A stretch of DNA of 64,000 nucleotides from Chloroflexota bacterium (GCA_965263075.1 CBDHGI010000006.1:2900435-2964434), one strand, 5' to 3'. Positions 23,196-32,938 are shown, counted from the stretch's first letter. Notes: generated by a model from the sequence alone, not told the origin. Program-made: numbers and translations.

Positions 23196-24770
23196 ATGTA
23201 CGACGCTCGTAGAGGACTTGGCCCCGTGCTGAGGCGCGAGGCACTCCCGGCGCTGGCCGGCCTGATTGCGGCCGGCGTGTCGTTTGGGATCACCGAGATC
23301 TTCGCCGGTCTGATTTCCGGCGGCCCGTCGCTCATCATCGCCGTTGGCTCGGGCGTCATCGACCTGTCGCCGAAGTTCGCCAAGGACTTCGCCATCGCGG
23401 TCTTTGGCGTCAACGACAAGCTCGTGCTCCTCATTTCCATCGTCGTGATAGGTCTGGGCCTGGGTGCGGTGGTCGGGGTGGCTGCAACCCGGAAGTTCTG
23501 GATCGCGCAGGTCGGATTTGTGGTCTTTGGCATCGTGGCCGCCATTGCCGGAATTGCGGAGCCGCAGCTCTCGCCCGTGCTGGCGTTGATCGGCGCGCTG
23601 CTGGCGACCTCGGCCGGCATGTGGACGCTGGCGATGCTGCTGAAACTGTTGCCATCGGAAGAGATGCCGCAGCCCGCGCGTGACGCTCGGCTGATGGGCT
23701 TCGGCCGCCGGCCGTTCCTGCGCATGGCCGGCGCGTTTGCGTTCGTGGCGGCTGGAACCGCGGCCGGCGGGCGGCTGATGCTGGAGCGGGCGCGTGTGGC
23801 GGCCTCGAGCCGGCTGGACGTGATTCTGTCCGCGCCGCGTGACGCCGCGAAACCGATTCCCGCCGGCGCGATGGTCGAGGCCCAGGGCATTGGTCCCATC
23901 GTCACGCCGAACGATGACTTCTACCGCATTGACACGGCCCTCAGCATTCCCCAGGTCGACCTATCTACATGGACGCTCAAGATCGAGGGCCTGGTGGACC
24001 GGCCCTACGAATTGACCTATGACGAGCTGCTTGATCTGGCCCGCGTCGAGCGCTACGTCACGCTGTGCTGCGTTTCGAACGAGGTCGGCGGCGACCTGGT
24101 GGATAACGCCAAGTGGCTGGGGGTACCGCTGAACGAGATTCTGGATCGCGCCGGTTTGCAACCGGAGGCCAGCCAGATCGTTGGAAAGTCGGTGGACGGC
24201 TTCACGGTTGGATTCCCGGTGGATACGGCCTACGACGGACGTGAGGCGCTGGTGGCCGTGGGCATGAACGATGAACCGCTGCCGCTGAAGCACGGCTTTC
24301 CGGCGCGGTTGGTCGTCTCCGGTCTCTACGGCTTCGTCTCGGCCACCAAGTGGCTGGACACGATCATCGTGAACCGCTGGGAGGAGTTCGACGCCTACTG
24401 GATTCCGCGCGGCTGGTCCAAGGAAGGGCCAATCAAGACGCAGTCACGGATTGACGTTCCGCGCAATGGCCGCACGATTAAGCCGGGCCTGCAGCCCATC
24501 GCCGGCGTGTCCTGGGCCCAAAACCGCGGGATTTCCAAGGTGGAGGTCCAGATTGGCGACGGCGGCTGGCAGGAGACTGAACTGGGCGAGGCGATTTCCA
24601 AGAACACCTGGCGCCAGTGGGTGCTGCCCTGGGACGCGACGCCGGGACGCCACGTCATTGCCGTGCGCGCCACGGACGTCACCGGCGAAACCCAAACCGC
24701 CGCCATCAGCTCATCCGACCCCGACGGCGCCACCGGCCACCACACCATCGTGGTGGAGGTCAGCGGATAG
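23196..24770 (+). CDS. Membrane-anchored molybdopterin oxidoreductase, sulfite oxidase family
   Basis: N-terminal TMs; FYRIDTAL, TLCCVSNEVGG (Mo-ligand Cys), HGFPARLVV, SATKW. Confidence 0.88.
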   Translation: MYDARRGLGPVLRREALPALAGLIAAGVSFGITEIFAGLISGGPSLIIAVGSGVIDLSPKFAKDFAIAVFGVNDKLVLLISIVVIGLGLGAVVGVAATRKFWIAQVGFVVFGIVAAIAGIAEPQLSPVLALIGALLATSAGMWTLAMLLKLLPSEEMPQPARDARLMGFGRRPFLRMAGAFAFVAAGTAAGGRLMLERARVAASSRLDVILSAPRDAAKPIPAGAMVEAQGIGPIVTPNDDFYRIDTALSIPQVDLSTWTLKIEGLVDRPYELTYDELLDLARVERYVTLCCVSNEVGGDLVDNAKWLGVPLNEILDRAGLQPEASQIVGKSVDGFTVGFPVDTAYDGREALVAVGMNDEPLPLKHGFPARLVVSGLYGFVSATKWLDTIIVNRWEEFDAYWIPRGWSKEGPIKTQSRIDVPRNGRTIKPGLQPIAGVSWAQNRGISKVEVQIGDGGWQETELGEAISKNTWRQWVLPWDATPGRHVIAVRATDVTGETQTAAISSSDPDGATGHHTIVVEVSG

Positions 24771-24783
24771 AGGGCTTCCGCCG

Positions 24784-25653
24784 CTAGGCGTAGTCTCCGT
24801 GGGCTCCGGTGCCGCTGGGGTCCACGAGCTCGTCGGCGCCGCAGAGGTAGCGCCACCAGTCGGCGCGTTCCTGGGCCGCGGCGGAGGATTCCCCCGTGAG
24901 GTTGTGGGTGTTCTTGTTCATGCGGAAGAAGCGCCGGATTTCCTCGCTGTCCCAGCCGTCGGTGTTGAAGAGCCCGCGCTGCGGGACCCGCGGGTTGTAG
25001 CGAATCTTGAACATGAACCGCCACTGATCGGTCTCGTTGGTCTGGGCACAGTGCCAGAGTGCCTCGTGCATGAAGGCGATCCGCCCGGCCTTGCCCGACA
25101 AACGCTTCTGGCCGGCGATGTTCTTGTAGCGGGCCGCGTCGGGCCCAAGCACCGTACGCATGTGCGAGCCGGGCAGCACCAGCGTGGGACCCATCTCGTG
25201 CGGCGTGTCGTGTGCGAAGTAGGCGGTGAGGATGTCGAACGACCAGGGGTGCACGCGTGGCAGCCGGACCTGGCGCCGCCCGCCCGCGTCCACGTGCCAC
25301 ATCTGCGCCGTGTCCTTGCGCGGGCCGGTGCAGTGCAAGGCTGAGTGGCTGGCCACGTGCCCGGGGCCGAGCAGGCTCTGCAGAATGCCTTTCACGCGCG
25401 GCAGATTGTGCACGGCGCGAACGGCCGGGGAACGTTCGTAGAAGCCGTGCGCGTTGTCGGTGATGTGCCAGCGGACCTCTGGTATGGGTCCGCTCTCGTC
25501 GACCGACGCCATCTCCTCGGCGTAGACGGCTTCGCTCAGTTCGTCAGGCACCAGGTCGTCGAACTCGATGAAGCCGTCCATAACGAACCGCGCCATCTGG
25601 TGCACGTCCAGGAGTTCGCTCTGCGTCACGACCTCGGTTTCTGCGATCGCCAT
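24784..25653 (-). CDS. PhyH-family dioxygenase (partnered subfamily)
   Basis: WHVD, MGPTLVLPGSH, ALWH. Confidence 0.85.
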   Translation of the reverse strand: MAIAETEVVTQSELLDVHQMARFVMDGFIEFDDLVPDELSEAVYAEEMASVDESGPIPEVRWHITDNAHGFYERSPAVRAVHNLPRVKGILQSLLGPGHVASHSALHCTGPRKDTAQMWHVDAGGRRQVRLPRVHPWSFDILTAYFAHDTPHEMGPTLVLPGSHMRTVLGPDAARYKNIAGQKRLSGKAGRIAFMHEALWHCAQTNETDQWRFMFKIRYNPRVPQRGLFNTDGWDSEEIRRFFRMNKNTHNLTGESSAAAQERADWWRYLCGADELVDPSGTGAHGDYA

Positions 25654-25698
25654 GCCTTGGCTCCTTCCCTTCCAGCGCCCCGGCGGCGCCGGCGACGT

Positions 25699-25983
25699 CT
25701 ACCCCTCGACTTCTACGTTGCGCTCCAGCCAGAACTCGTTGGCCAGTTGCCCGGTGCCGGTGGCCGCGCTGCGTTCCGGCAAAGGGCTGGCCTGGAACAC
25801 CCGCCAGCCATCGCGCATGGCCGCCAGAACCGAGTCGTAGGGCGGTTCATACTCGCTGCCGGTTTGCATCTGGACGGCGTCAGCCGGCAGCGCTCCGTCG
25901 TACAGCGCCCATGCGACGGCCTCTGACCCCAGGTCGCCCGACTCGAGATGCAGAATCAGAATCTGCTGCCGAACTGGCGACAT
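25699..25983 (-). CDS. Small conserved hypothetical protein upstream of PhyH dioxygenase
   Basis: Homologous to 42223-42597 (PYxxVLxAxRDGWR, EFxLE); SD-like AAGGA upstream. Confidence 0.8.
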   Translation of the reverse strand: MSPVRQQILILHLESGDLGSEAVAWALYDGALPADAVQMQTGSEYEPPYDSVLAAMRDGWRVFQASPLPERSAATGTGQLANEFWLERNVEVEG

Positions 25984-26084
25984 GCCTGTTCCTTGCCGTG
26001 AAGCGCGCAGCCTATGGTACCGAGCATATTCGAGGCCATGCCTCGATATAATCAGATTGTGGGGCGACAGGGGGGACGCATGCC

Positions 26085-26849
26085 ATGTTCACGCTGACCG
26101 AGGAGCAGGTCGCGTTCTACAACGAGCGCGGGTACCTGCGGCTGCGCGACGTCTACTCGACCGAAGAGGTCGAGCACCAGTCCGTGGAACTTGAGCGCCT
26201 GATGCTGGAATGGGCCCAGCAGACCGCCGGCTGGCGCGGTCCCTGGCGCAAGGCCTACATGACCGCGGAGGAAGACGCCCGCGCCCGCCTGACGGCCATG
26301 CACGAGCTGCAGAACTACTCCGAGGCGTTCATGCGGGCCGTCGTGAACGACCGGCTTACCGGCGCCGTGGCCGACCTGATTGGGCCGGACGTCGAGCTGC
26401 ACCACACCACCCTGCACGCCAAGGCGCCGAACATGGGAACGCCGTTCCCCATGCACCAGGACCACCCGTTCTACCAGCACGAAGGCCCCGCCTACGTGGA
26501 CGCCATTGTGCATATCGATACGGCAAACGAGGAGAACGGCTGCCTACAATTTCTTGAAGGAAGCCACAAGCTGGGGCCGCTCCAGCACATCCGCGGCCCC
26601 GAATCGAGCCCGCACTTGCCCACTGATCAATACCGCCTCGAGGACGCCGTTTCGGTCCCGGCCGACGCCGGCGACGTGGTGTTTTTCAGCTACTACACCA
26701 TCCACGGCTCGGCGCCCAACCGCACGGACCAGTGGCGGCGACTCGTCAGGTTTGGCTATCGCGACCCTGACAACGTCCAGACGGCGGGCCAGGGTTTGGG
26801 GCGCGACGGCCTGGTGGTGCGCGGCCAGAAACGGAATCGAGCAGCCTGA
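26085..26849 (+). CDS. PhyH-family dioxygenase
   Basis: LTEEQVAFYNERGY, MHQD, ENGCLQFLEGSH, IHGS. Confidence 0.9.
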   Translation: MFTLTEEQVAFYNERGYLRLRDVYSTEEVEHQSVELERLMLEWAQQTAGWRGPWRKAYMTAEEDARARLTAMHELQNYSEAFMRAVVNDRLTGAVADLIGPDVELHHTTLHAKAPNMGTPFPMHQDHPFYQHEGPAYVDAIVHIDTANEENGCLQFLEGSHKLGPLQHIRGPESSPHLPTDQYRLEDAVSVPADAGDVVFFSYYTIHGSAPNRTDQWRRLVRFGYRDPDNVQTAGQGLGRDGLVVRGQKRNRAA

Positions 26850-26914
26850 CCCGTGTTCAACGTTAGGAACCGCCGGGTGTTTCATCGACGCATCGTTTCC
26901 GTCGAGGCGCCACG

Positions 26915-28267
26915 ATGACTGGCCGGCGCCGCTATGCGGCACTTGCTCTGGTGGTCGTCGTGATCGTGGGCGCCATCGCCCTGATCGAAATCGTGATATC
27001 GCCGCCCGAATCCACGGTTGGCGTTGGACTGCCCGGGCAGGATCAGGCGCAGACCGCGGCATCGGCTCCACAGTCCCCGGCGGTAGCCCTTGCCGCCGTG
27101 GCGCCAACAACAGCTGGCAGCACCGCCGTAGCCGATGCGCCCACCTCGCCTGCCGTCGCCACCAGCGCACCAGCTGAGGCGACAAGCGCGACCACGGCAG
27201 CTCCCGGCACGCCGGCCCCCGTCACCAGCGCCCCCGCGGCGGCCGCCACCGAACCGGCAGTCGTCGAAACTCTGCCCGAGTTACCGGTGCTGGGCACGGC
27301 CCCTGAATTCGCTGGAATTACCGCCTGGCTCAATAGCGAAGTGCTGTCGATGGACGAGTTGCGGGGGCGTCCTGTTCTGATCGACTTCTGGACCTACGGC
27401 TGCATCAACTGCATCCGCACGCTGCCCCACGTCCGGGCCTGGCACGACGCCTACGCGCCACACGGGTTGGTGGTGGTTGGCGTGCACACGCCGGAGTTCC
27501 AGTTCGAGTACGTGGAAGAAAACGTTCGCGAGTCGCTCCCGGCCCGCGGCGTGATCTGGCCCGTGGCCATGGACAACGGTTATAAGACCTGGCGCGCCTA
27601 CCAAAACCGCTTCTGGCCGCACAAGTTCCTGATCGACCAGGACGGGCGCATCCGCTATCACAAAATCGGCGAGGGCGCCTATCAAGATACGGAGAAGGCA
27701 ATCCGCGCACTGCTGGCCGAAGGCGGAACGGACCTCTCGCACATCCCGCTCTCAAGCGCAGCCATCCCGGCCAAGGTGACCCCCTCACCGTCTTCCGGAC
27801 CTCGGTCGCTCTTCGCGGGGAGCGGGTTCGCGTTCGGTTCCTACCTGGGCAATCCGATGGGGACGCCTGACGATGGTGTGCGCGTGTTCACGGACGATGT
27901 TGAGCACGACACCGAGCGCCTCTATCTGGACGGTCGCTGGGACTGGGTCCCTAACGCCGCGCTGGCGCAGCCCGAGGCCGATGAGACAGCGCGCGTAACC
28001 GTTCCGTTTCACGCACAGGCCGTCTCGGTGAGTTTCGGCGCGCTGCGTGACGAACCGATTCGCGTGCTGGTCACGGTCGACGGCGCCCCAATCCCGGCTG
28101 ACCGTCGGGGCGGCGATGTCCTGACCGAGCCTGACGGTCAGACGCACGTGCTCGTCGACCAGTTCCGTCTCTACGACATTCTGCGGAACAGCTCGGAGAG
28201 CCTGGGCGAATTGCAGTTCAGCATTGGCTCACCCGGGCTGGCGCTGTACGCCGTCTCCCTTACATAG
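26915..28267 (+). CDS. Membrane-anchored thioredoxin-like redoxin (soluble part of DipZ)
   Basis: DFWTYGCINC, GVHTPEF; Ala/Pro/Thr linker; DipZ-like C-terminal domain. Confidence 0.85.
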   Translation: MTGRRRYAALALVVVVIVGAIALIEIVISPPESTVGVGLPGQDQAQTAASAPQSPAVALAAVAPTTAGSTAVADAPTSPAVATSAPAEATSATTAAPGTPAPVTSAPAAAATEPAVVETLPELPVLGTAPEFAGITAWLNSEVLSMDELRGRPVLIDFWTYGCINCIRTLPHVRAWHDAYAPHGLVVVGVHTPEFQFEYVEENVRESLPARGVIWPVAMDNGYKTWRAYQNRFWPHKFLIDQDGRIRYHKIGEGAYQDTEKAIRALLAEGGTDLSHIPLSSAAIPAKVTPSPSSGPRSLFAGSGFAFGSYLGNPMGTPDDGVRVFTDDVEHDTERLYLDGRWDWVPNAALAQPEADETARVTVPFHAQAVSVSFGALRDEPIRVLVTVDGAPIPADRRGGDVLTEPDGQTHVLVDQFRLYDILRNSSESLGELQFSIGSPGLALYAVSLT

Positions 28268-28297
28268 GCACTCGCCGGCGGGTCCCGGGCGCCTAGC

Positions 28298-29026
28298 ATG
28301 GAACAGTCAGTCAACGTCGGGATCGCCTTCATCGCGGGGGTCGCCTCGTTCATTGCGCCGTGCACCTTGGCGCTGGTTCCGGCCTACCTGGCCTACCTGG
28401 CAGGGTTCACGCTGACCGATCAGCGCGCGGCAAACCCTGCGCGCGTCCAGGCCGCGACCGTGCTGAACGTCACGCTCTTTGCCGTTGGCTTTGCCGCCGT
28501 CTTTGTTGTGCTGGGATCGTCGCTGGGCGCGCTTTCCAGTTTCGCCGGGGACCAGGCGGTCTGGCTCAACCGCATCGGCGGCCTGCTGATCATCGGTTTT
28601 GGTCTTGTGGCGCTTGGTCTGCTGCGAGTCCCGGTGCTGGAGCGCGGGATTGTGATGGACGACAGTTTCGCCCGGCGCCTGCGCTATGCCGGCTCGCTCA
28701 TTGTGGGCGGCACGTTTGCGGTGGGCTGGATTCCCTGCGTCGGGCCGATTCTGGGCGGGATTCTCGTGCTGGCGGCTACCACCGGCTCGGCCGGATCAGG
28801 CGCGGTGCTGCTCACAGCCTATTCGCTGGGCATCATGCTGCCGTTCGTGCTGGCCGGTGTCTTTTCCGGGTGGACCCGCGTACTGCTGCGACGCTATGGG
28901 CGCGCACTGCAGTACACCACGGCCGCGGGCGGGGTGCTCATGATCGCGCTGGGCGTGATCGTGTTCACGAATCTGATGCCGGTGATTGCCTCGGTGGCGC
29001 CGGTTGGCGTGTCACCCATCAGTTAG
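28298..29026 (+). CDS. ccdA: CcdA/DsbD-family transmembrane electron transporter
   Basis: SFIAPCTLALVPAY and GWIPCVGPIL Cys motifs. Confidence 0.9.
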   Translation: MEQSVNVGIAFIAGVASFIAPCTLALVPAYLAYLAGFTLTDQRAANPARVQAATVLNVTLFAVGFAAVFVVLGSSLGALSSFAGDQAVWLNRIGGLLIIGFGLVALGLLRVPVLERGIVMDDSFARRLRYAGSLIVGGTFAVGWIPCVGPILGGILVLAATTGSAGSGAVLLTAYSLGIMLPFVLAGVFSGWTRVLLRRYGRALQYTTAAGGVLMIALGVIVFTNLMPVIASVAPVGVSPIS

Positions 29027-29133
29027 ATGGGGTCCTGTCACGATCTCGTCGACGGGTTACGGGCCCGGTTGTCGTACGATGAAACGAGAGGCTGCCGCGC
29101 CAGTGCGGTGGGCTGCGTTCCGACCTGAGACAT

Positions 29134-30360
29134 ATGCCATCCGAGACTGACGCGACAGCGGGCGGCGACGCGGGCGCGCGTCGGCATCGTGTCCTCGCGG
29201 CGCACGCGGAACTCTTCAACGAAGCGCTGTCTGACGAGGCCGACCGCCTGCCGAAGCTTGCCAACGTGGTCGAAGCGCTGGCCCTGGCCGCCGACGCTGA
29301 ACCGCTTGCGCCGCTGACGCCGGTAGGCAACCACGTGGAGGGCGCCGTCCGGTTGGAGCGCGTGCGGCGTCGGATCGCATTGTGGTGGGAGAGCGACGAC
29401 CCGGCGGCGCTGGCCCAGGCCGCGCTTGAGCGCCAGGTCGATATCCTGGTCGTTGTCCAGGGCTTTCCGCTGGAGTTGGCCGTGGACTCCGAGTGGGCCA
29501 ACCAGTTGGTCTTGCTGGATGGCCGGGACCTGACGCTGCTGTTGGAGGGACGCTGGACGCTCGGGCAGGCCGTGCGTTTCAAGCACGGCGAGCAGGCCGC
29601 CCACGGACGCTTCATTTCCCTGCGCATGGCGCCGCCGGCCGATCTCCCGGACCAGCCCGATCCCAGCTTTAGTCCCGAAGAGGGCGAAGTTCTGCCCTCA
29701 AACGTCAACGACATGCCGTCGCCGCACGACGATGGCTACGGTGGGGGGATCGACGATCCAGGCATCTGGGATCGCGACGAGGGACAGCAGCCCGATGCGG
29801 AGCCGATCTCAGAAACCGCGCGGTCAAACATCGAAACGCATGAGCAATCCGTTGCGGATGAGGAAGCGATTGAGCTGGCCGAGCAGCGCCGCCTGCGCAT
29901 GATTCGTATGGGTTTCATGTTCGCGGCTCTGTTCGCCGTGCTGATCGCCATAGTTGTGGTCCGTGGCCGCCAGGATGCCGAAGCGGCCAGTCTGGATCTG
30001 GCGGCCAACACCGCCGTGCGTGCCGCTCGTCTCGAGTTCGAGGCCTACCAGTCACTGGATGGCAGCGCGCTGCGTACCGTGTACGACGAATCGCTGGCTC
30101 AGGCGATCGAGGCGCAAGTCCAGCAGTTGCGAGCACGCGGGCTGTACCTCGAGAGCGAGCTGCAGGTTCAAGTAATCGACGCCAGGCTCGAAGGTGAGAC
30201 TGCCGGGGTCCTGGTTCGCGAATCCGGCAGCTTGTCTACCCGTCGAACCTCAGACGGCGAAACCCTCCAGCGCGGGCCTATTAGTCAGGACGTCGGGTTC
30301 TTCCTGGCACGCAACGCCGATCATCGGTGGCGCGTCATTCAGCGCGCTCCGGTTGGCTAG
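29134..30360 (+). CDS. Hypothetical bitopic membrane protein (degenerate REase-like N-domain, acidic linker, TM, NTF2/IMS-like C-domain)
   Basis: 408-aa ORF with coding-like composition; single TM MGFMFAALFAVLIAIVVV. Confidence 0.7.
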   Translation: MPSETDATAGGDAGARRHRVLAAHAELFNEALSDEADRLPKLANVVEALALAADAEPLAPLTPVGNHVEGAVRLERVRRRIALWWESDDPAALAQAALERQVDILVVVQGFPLELAVDSEWANQLVLLDGRDLTLLLEGRWTLGQAVRFKHGEQAAHGRFISLRMAPPADLPDQPDPSFSPEEGEVLPSNVNDMPSPHDDGYGGGIDDPGIWDRDEGQQPDAEPISETARSNIETHEQSVADEEAIELAEQRRLRMIRMGFMFAALFAVLIAIVVVRGRQDAEAASLDLAANTAVRAARLEFEAYQSLDGSALRTVYDESLAQAIEAQVQQLRARGLYLESELQVQVIDARLEGETAGVLVRESGSLSTRRTSDGETLQRGPISQDVGFFLARNADHRWRVIQRAPVG

Positions 30361-30444
30361 CCGGGACCCGACGGCTCCCAGGCCCGGCGTGTTGGCCGCC
30401 AGGCAGCGCTCCCGATATCCTTGGTCAGACAGTTGGCGCTTCCT

Positions 30445-30518
30445 GGCGACGTAGCCAAGTGGTAAGGCGGGGGTCTGCAAAACCCCTATCCTGGGTTCGA
30501 TTCCCAGCGTCGCCTCCA
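30445..30518 (+). tRNA. tRNA-Cys(GCA)
   Basis: Acceptor GGCGACG/CGTCGCC; anticodon arm GGGGT-CT-GCA-AA-ACCCC; U73 discriminator; encoded CCA. Confidence 0.96.
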
Positions 30519-30586
30519 GCATCCACACGCGCGTGGCGGGGGAGTCAACGGCGAATGCCTTCTACCTGCCGGCGCTTGAGCGCGCG

Positions 30587-32389
30587 TCAGCCGATGCTCG
30601 CGGCCTGACGCACCCGCTTCCACACCAACTCCACAAATGCCCGCGGCAGCTCGGGATCCCACGCCAGCGCGTCCGGATCGTCGGCGTGCACGTGCAGCCA
30701 GGCCAGCACGATGTGCTGTTCGTTCCCTCGCGCCCCTGTTTCGGGACGAGTTGCGCCGCGCAGACGTTCCAGCGCGGCGCGTACGGCCGGTCGCCGCGGG
30801 CGGCTCAGGGTCTCGATCACGGCAATTCCCCCATTGTCGATGCGGACGAGCTCCGCGTCGCCCGGCGTTGCGCCCGTGGTGATAGCTAGCACCGGTACCG
30901 CCCCCAGACCGCCGCGCACCGGGTGCCGGAGCACGCGCGCCCGCCGGATGCGGCGCGCCAGCGCATTCCGCTCGTCTGAGGCGGCTTCGGCCTCTTCCAC
31001 GATGTGCAACGCGGCCTCCCGGCTCACGCCCAGAAAGGCCACCGCCGCCTCGCGCCGCCAGGGCGAGACTTTCTTGTCGAGGGAGCGGCGCGAGGGCAAC
31101 TCGAAGATCCGCCGCACCGAGTCGCTGGCCAGTCGGGCGTCTCGCGATGTCGGAAACGGCCCCAGGTAGGCTGCGCCGTCGTCCCGCGGCACGGCGGCGG
31201 TGTGCGTGGCGGCGGACTCGGCCGGTCCCACGCGCACGAAGCGCCGACCCATGCGCCAGCGTCGATGCACGTTGTAGGTCGGGGATAGCACGGTGATCAG
31301 CTCGGCTTCGCGCACCAGCGCGCGCAGTTCCGAACCGGTCGGCTCCCACTCGATGGCGTCGATCTGTTCCAGCATCCCGTCGCGCCGTCGAACGAACCCC
31401 GCCGAGTCCGTGAAGTGGCTGCGCACGCGCCGCTGTAGCGACGTGGACTTGCCGACGTAGAGCGGCTGGCCCGCCGAGTCGCGAAAGATGTAGACGCCGG
31501 GCGATGGCGGAAGATTGCGCGAGGCCCAGCGCGCAAGTTCGCGTGCCCGCCGCGGGTGGCGGCCTTCAGGACCGCCCGTGGCCGCCAGCCCCCGCAGGTC
31601 GCCCACCGTCTGTGCGTCTCTGGCGGCGGCCCGGTCGAGCAGGAATCCGAACAGCTTGGCCGTAACCCCGGCGTCGTCGAGTGCCCGGTGGGTTGGCGTG
31701 TCGCGAAGCCCCGCCGCCTCCAGCACGGTGGCCAGGCCCGTGCCCGGCAAATCGGACATCAGGGCCGCGCTCAACTCCATCGTGTCCAGGCCGTCTCCGG
31801 GAAACAGCGCGCGGCCGGACCACACGGCCTCGCGATTCAGGTACCCGAGATCCGTGGGCAGGTTGTGCGCAACCAGCACCGCGCCAGCCTGAAACTCTCG
31901 AAACTCGTCAAGCACCGTCTCGATTGCCGGCGCGTCGGTCAGCATCTCGTCCGTAATGCCCGTATAGCGCGTCACGAATTTGGACACTCGACCGGGCACC
32001 CGAACCAGCGAGGCGTAACGTGAGATTTCCTGGCCCGCCCGCAGTCGCAGCGCCCCGACTTCAAGGACGCGATGACGCCCGCCGCGCCCGCCGTTGGTCT
32101 CGATGTCGAATACCACAAACTCGGTCTCGTCGATCGAATCGCTCCGGTGCGACCACTGGGTCAGCCCCCAGTGGCCCACGGCTACGGTGGTCAGACGGTC
32201 GTCGGCTTCCAGCAGTGGCGCCAGAATTCGCGCGGCGATGTGCGCGCCGCCCGCTTCCACGTGCAGCACAGCGCGCGCCAGTTGCTGCAGGGTCATCGGG
32301 CGCCCGGCCTCTTCCAGCGTCTCGACCGCCGCTTCGACCAGAACGCTGCGCCGGCCCGGCGCAGTCGTGTCTGTGGGCGCGGTCTCCAG
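30587..32389 (-). CDS. DEDDh (DnaQ-like) exonuclease fused to UvrC-like GIY-YIG domain, with N-terminal winged HTH; first ATG at 32296, probable start upstream
   Basis: VVFDIETNG, VAHN, HRALDDA; PGVYIF...LYVGKS...RVRSHF. Confidence 0.85.
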   Translation of the reverse strand: METAPTDTTAPGRRSVLVEAAVETLEEAGRPMTLQQLARAVLHVEAGGAHIAARILAPLLEADDRLTTVAVGHWGLTQWSHRSDSIDETEFVVFDIETNGGRGGRHRVLEVGALRLRAGQEISRYASLVRVPGRVSKFVTRYTGITDEMLTDAPAIETVLDEFREFQAGAVLVAHNLPTDLGYLNREAVWSGRALFPGDGLDTMELSAALMSDLPGTGLATVLEAAGLRDTPTHRALDDAGVTAKLFGFLLDRAAARDAQTVGDLRGLAATGGPEGRHPRRARELARWASRNLPPSPGVYIFRDSAGQPLYVGKSTSLQRRVRSHFTDSAGFVRRRDGMLEQIDAIEWEPTGSELRALVREAELITVLSPTYNVHRRWRMGRRFVRVGPAESAATHTAAVPRDDGAAYLGPFPTSRDARLASDSVRRIFELPSRRSLDKKVSPWRREAAVAFLGVSREAALHIVEEAEAASDERNALARRIRRARVLRHPVRGGLGAVPVLAITTGATPGDAELVRIDNGGIAVIETLSRPRRPAVRAALERLRGATRPETGARGNEQHIVLAWLHVHADDPDALAWDPELPRAFVELVWKRVRQAASIG

Positions 32390-32391
32390 GC

Positions 32392-32802
32392 TTACTCGTC
32401 GGTCGAGCGGCCGCCGAATACGAGCGACCCAAACACGCCCACGGCCGCCACGATCACCGTCCCAAGCAACGCCGTGCCGATATCGACGATCGTGAAGTCG
32501 TCGACCAGCATCGTGGCCACCCAGAACACCAGCGCGCTGATCACGAAGTGCGACAGCCCGAACGTGAGCAGCTTCAACAGGCAGCTAATGGGCTTGAAGA
32601 CCAGCTCCAGTGCTGGGCGCATGTAGGTGTTCAGGATGGCCAGCGCTACCGCCACCGAGAACGTGGCCAGCCAGAATTGGTCGCTCCCCCGCTCCGGCAG
32701 GACGATTCCGTTCTCCAACAACTGCGTCACCGCCAGCACCGCGACGAAATTCGTGACGAGCCGGGCCAGCAGAAAGCTGATTTCGCGACTAAGCCACCCC
32801 AT
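32392..32802 (-). CDS. Phage holin family (4-TMS, DUF360-like) membrane protein
   Basis: LNTYMRP...LLTFGL motif, four TMs. Confidence 0.75.
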   Translation of the reverse strand: MGWLSREISFLLARLVTNFVAVLAVTQLLENGIVLPERGSDQFWLATFSVAVALAILNTYMRPALELVFKPISCLLKLLTFGLSHFVISALVFWVATMLVDDFTIVDIGTALLGTVIVAAVGVFGSLVFGGRSTDE

Positions 32803-32938
32803 GCGTCAGCACCTCAATCCGGCGAGGTCTCCATGCGTCCCTCCCGAATCCTGATCGTTCGCTTTCCTACCGGGATATGGCAGGGTGAGTCCCTTCACCC
32901 ATACCCCTTCCTTCAAGCTGGGCTCGCGACGAAAAAGG

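Noticed and set aside
22014-30518. tRNA-bounded genomic island
   Set aside because: No integrase, no duplicated tRNA 3' end seen, and composition matches the flanks.
32392-32802. Holin-family gene as a sign of prophage
   Set aside because: No phage genes nearby; this family is commonly chromosomal.
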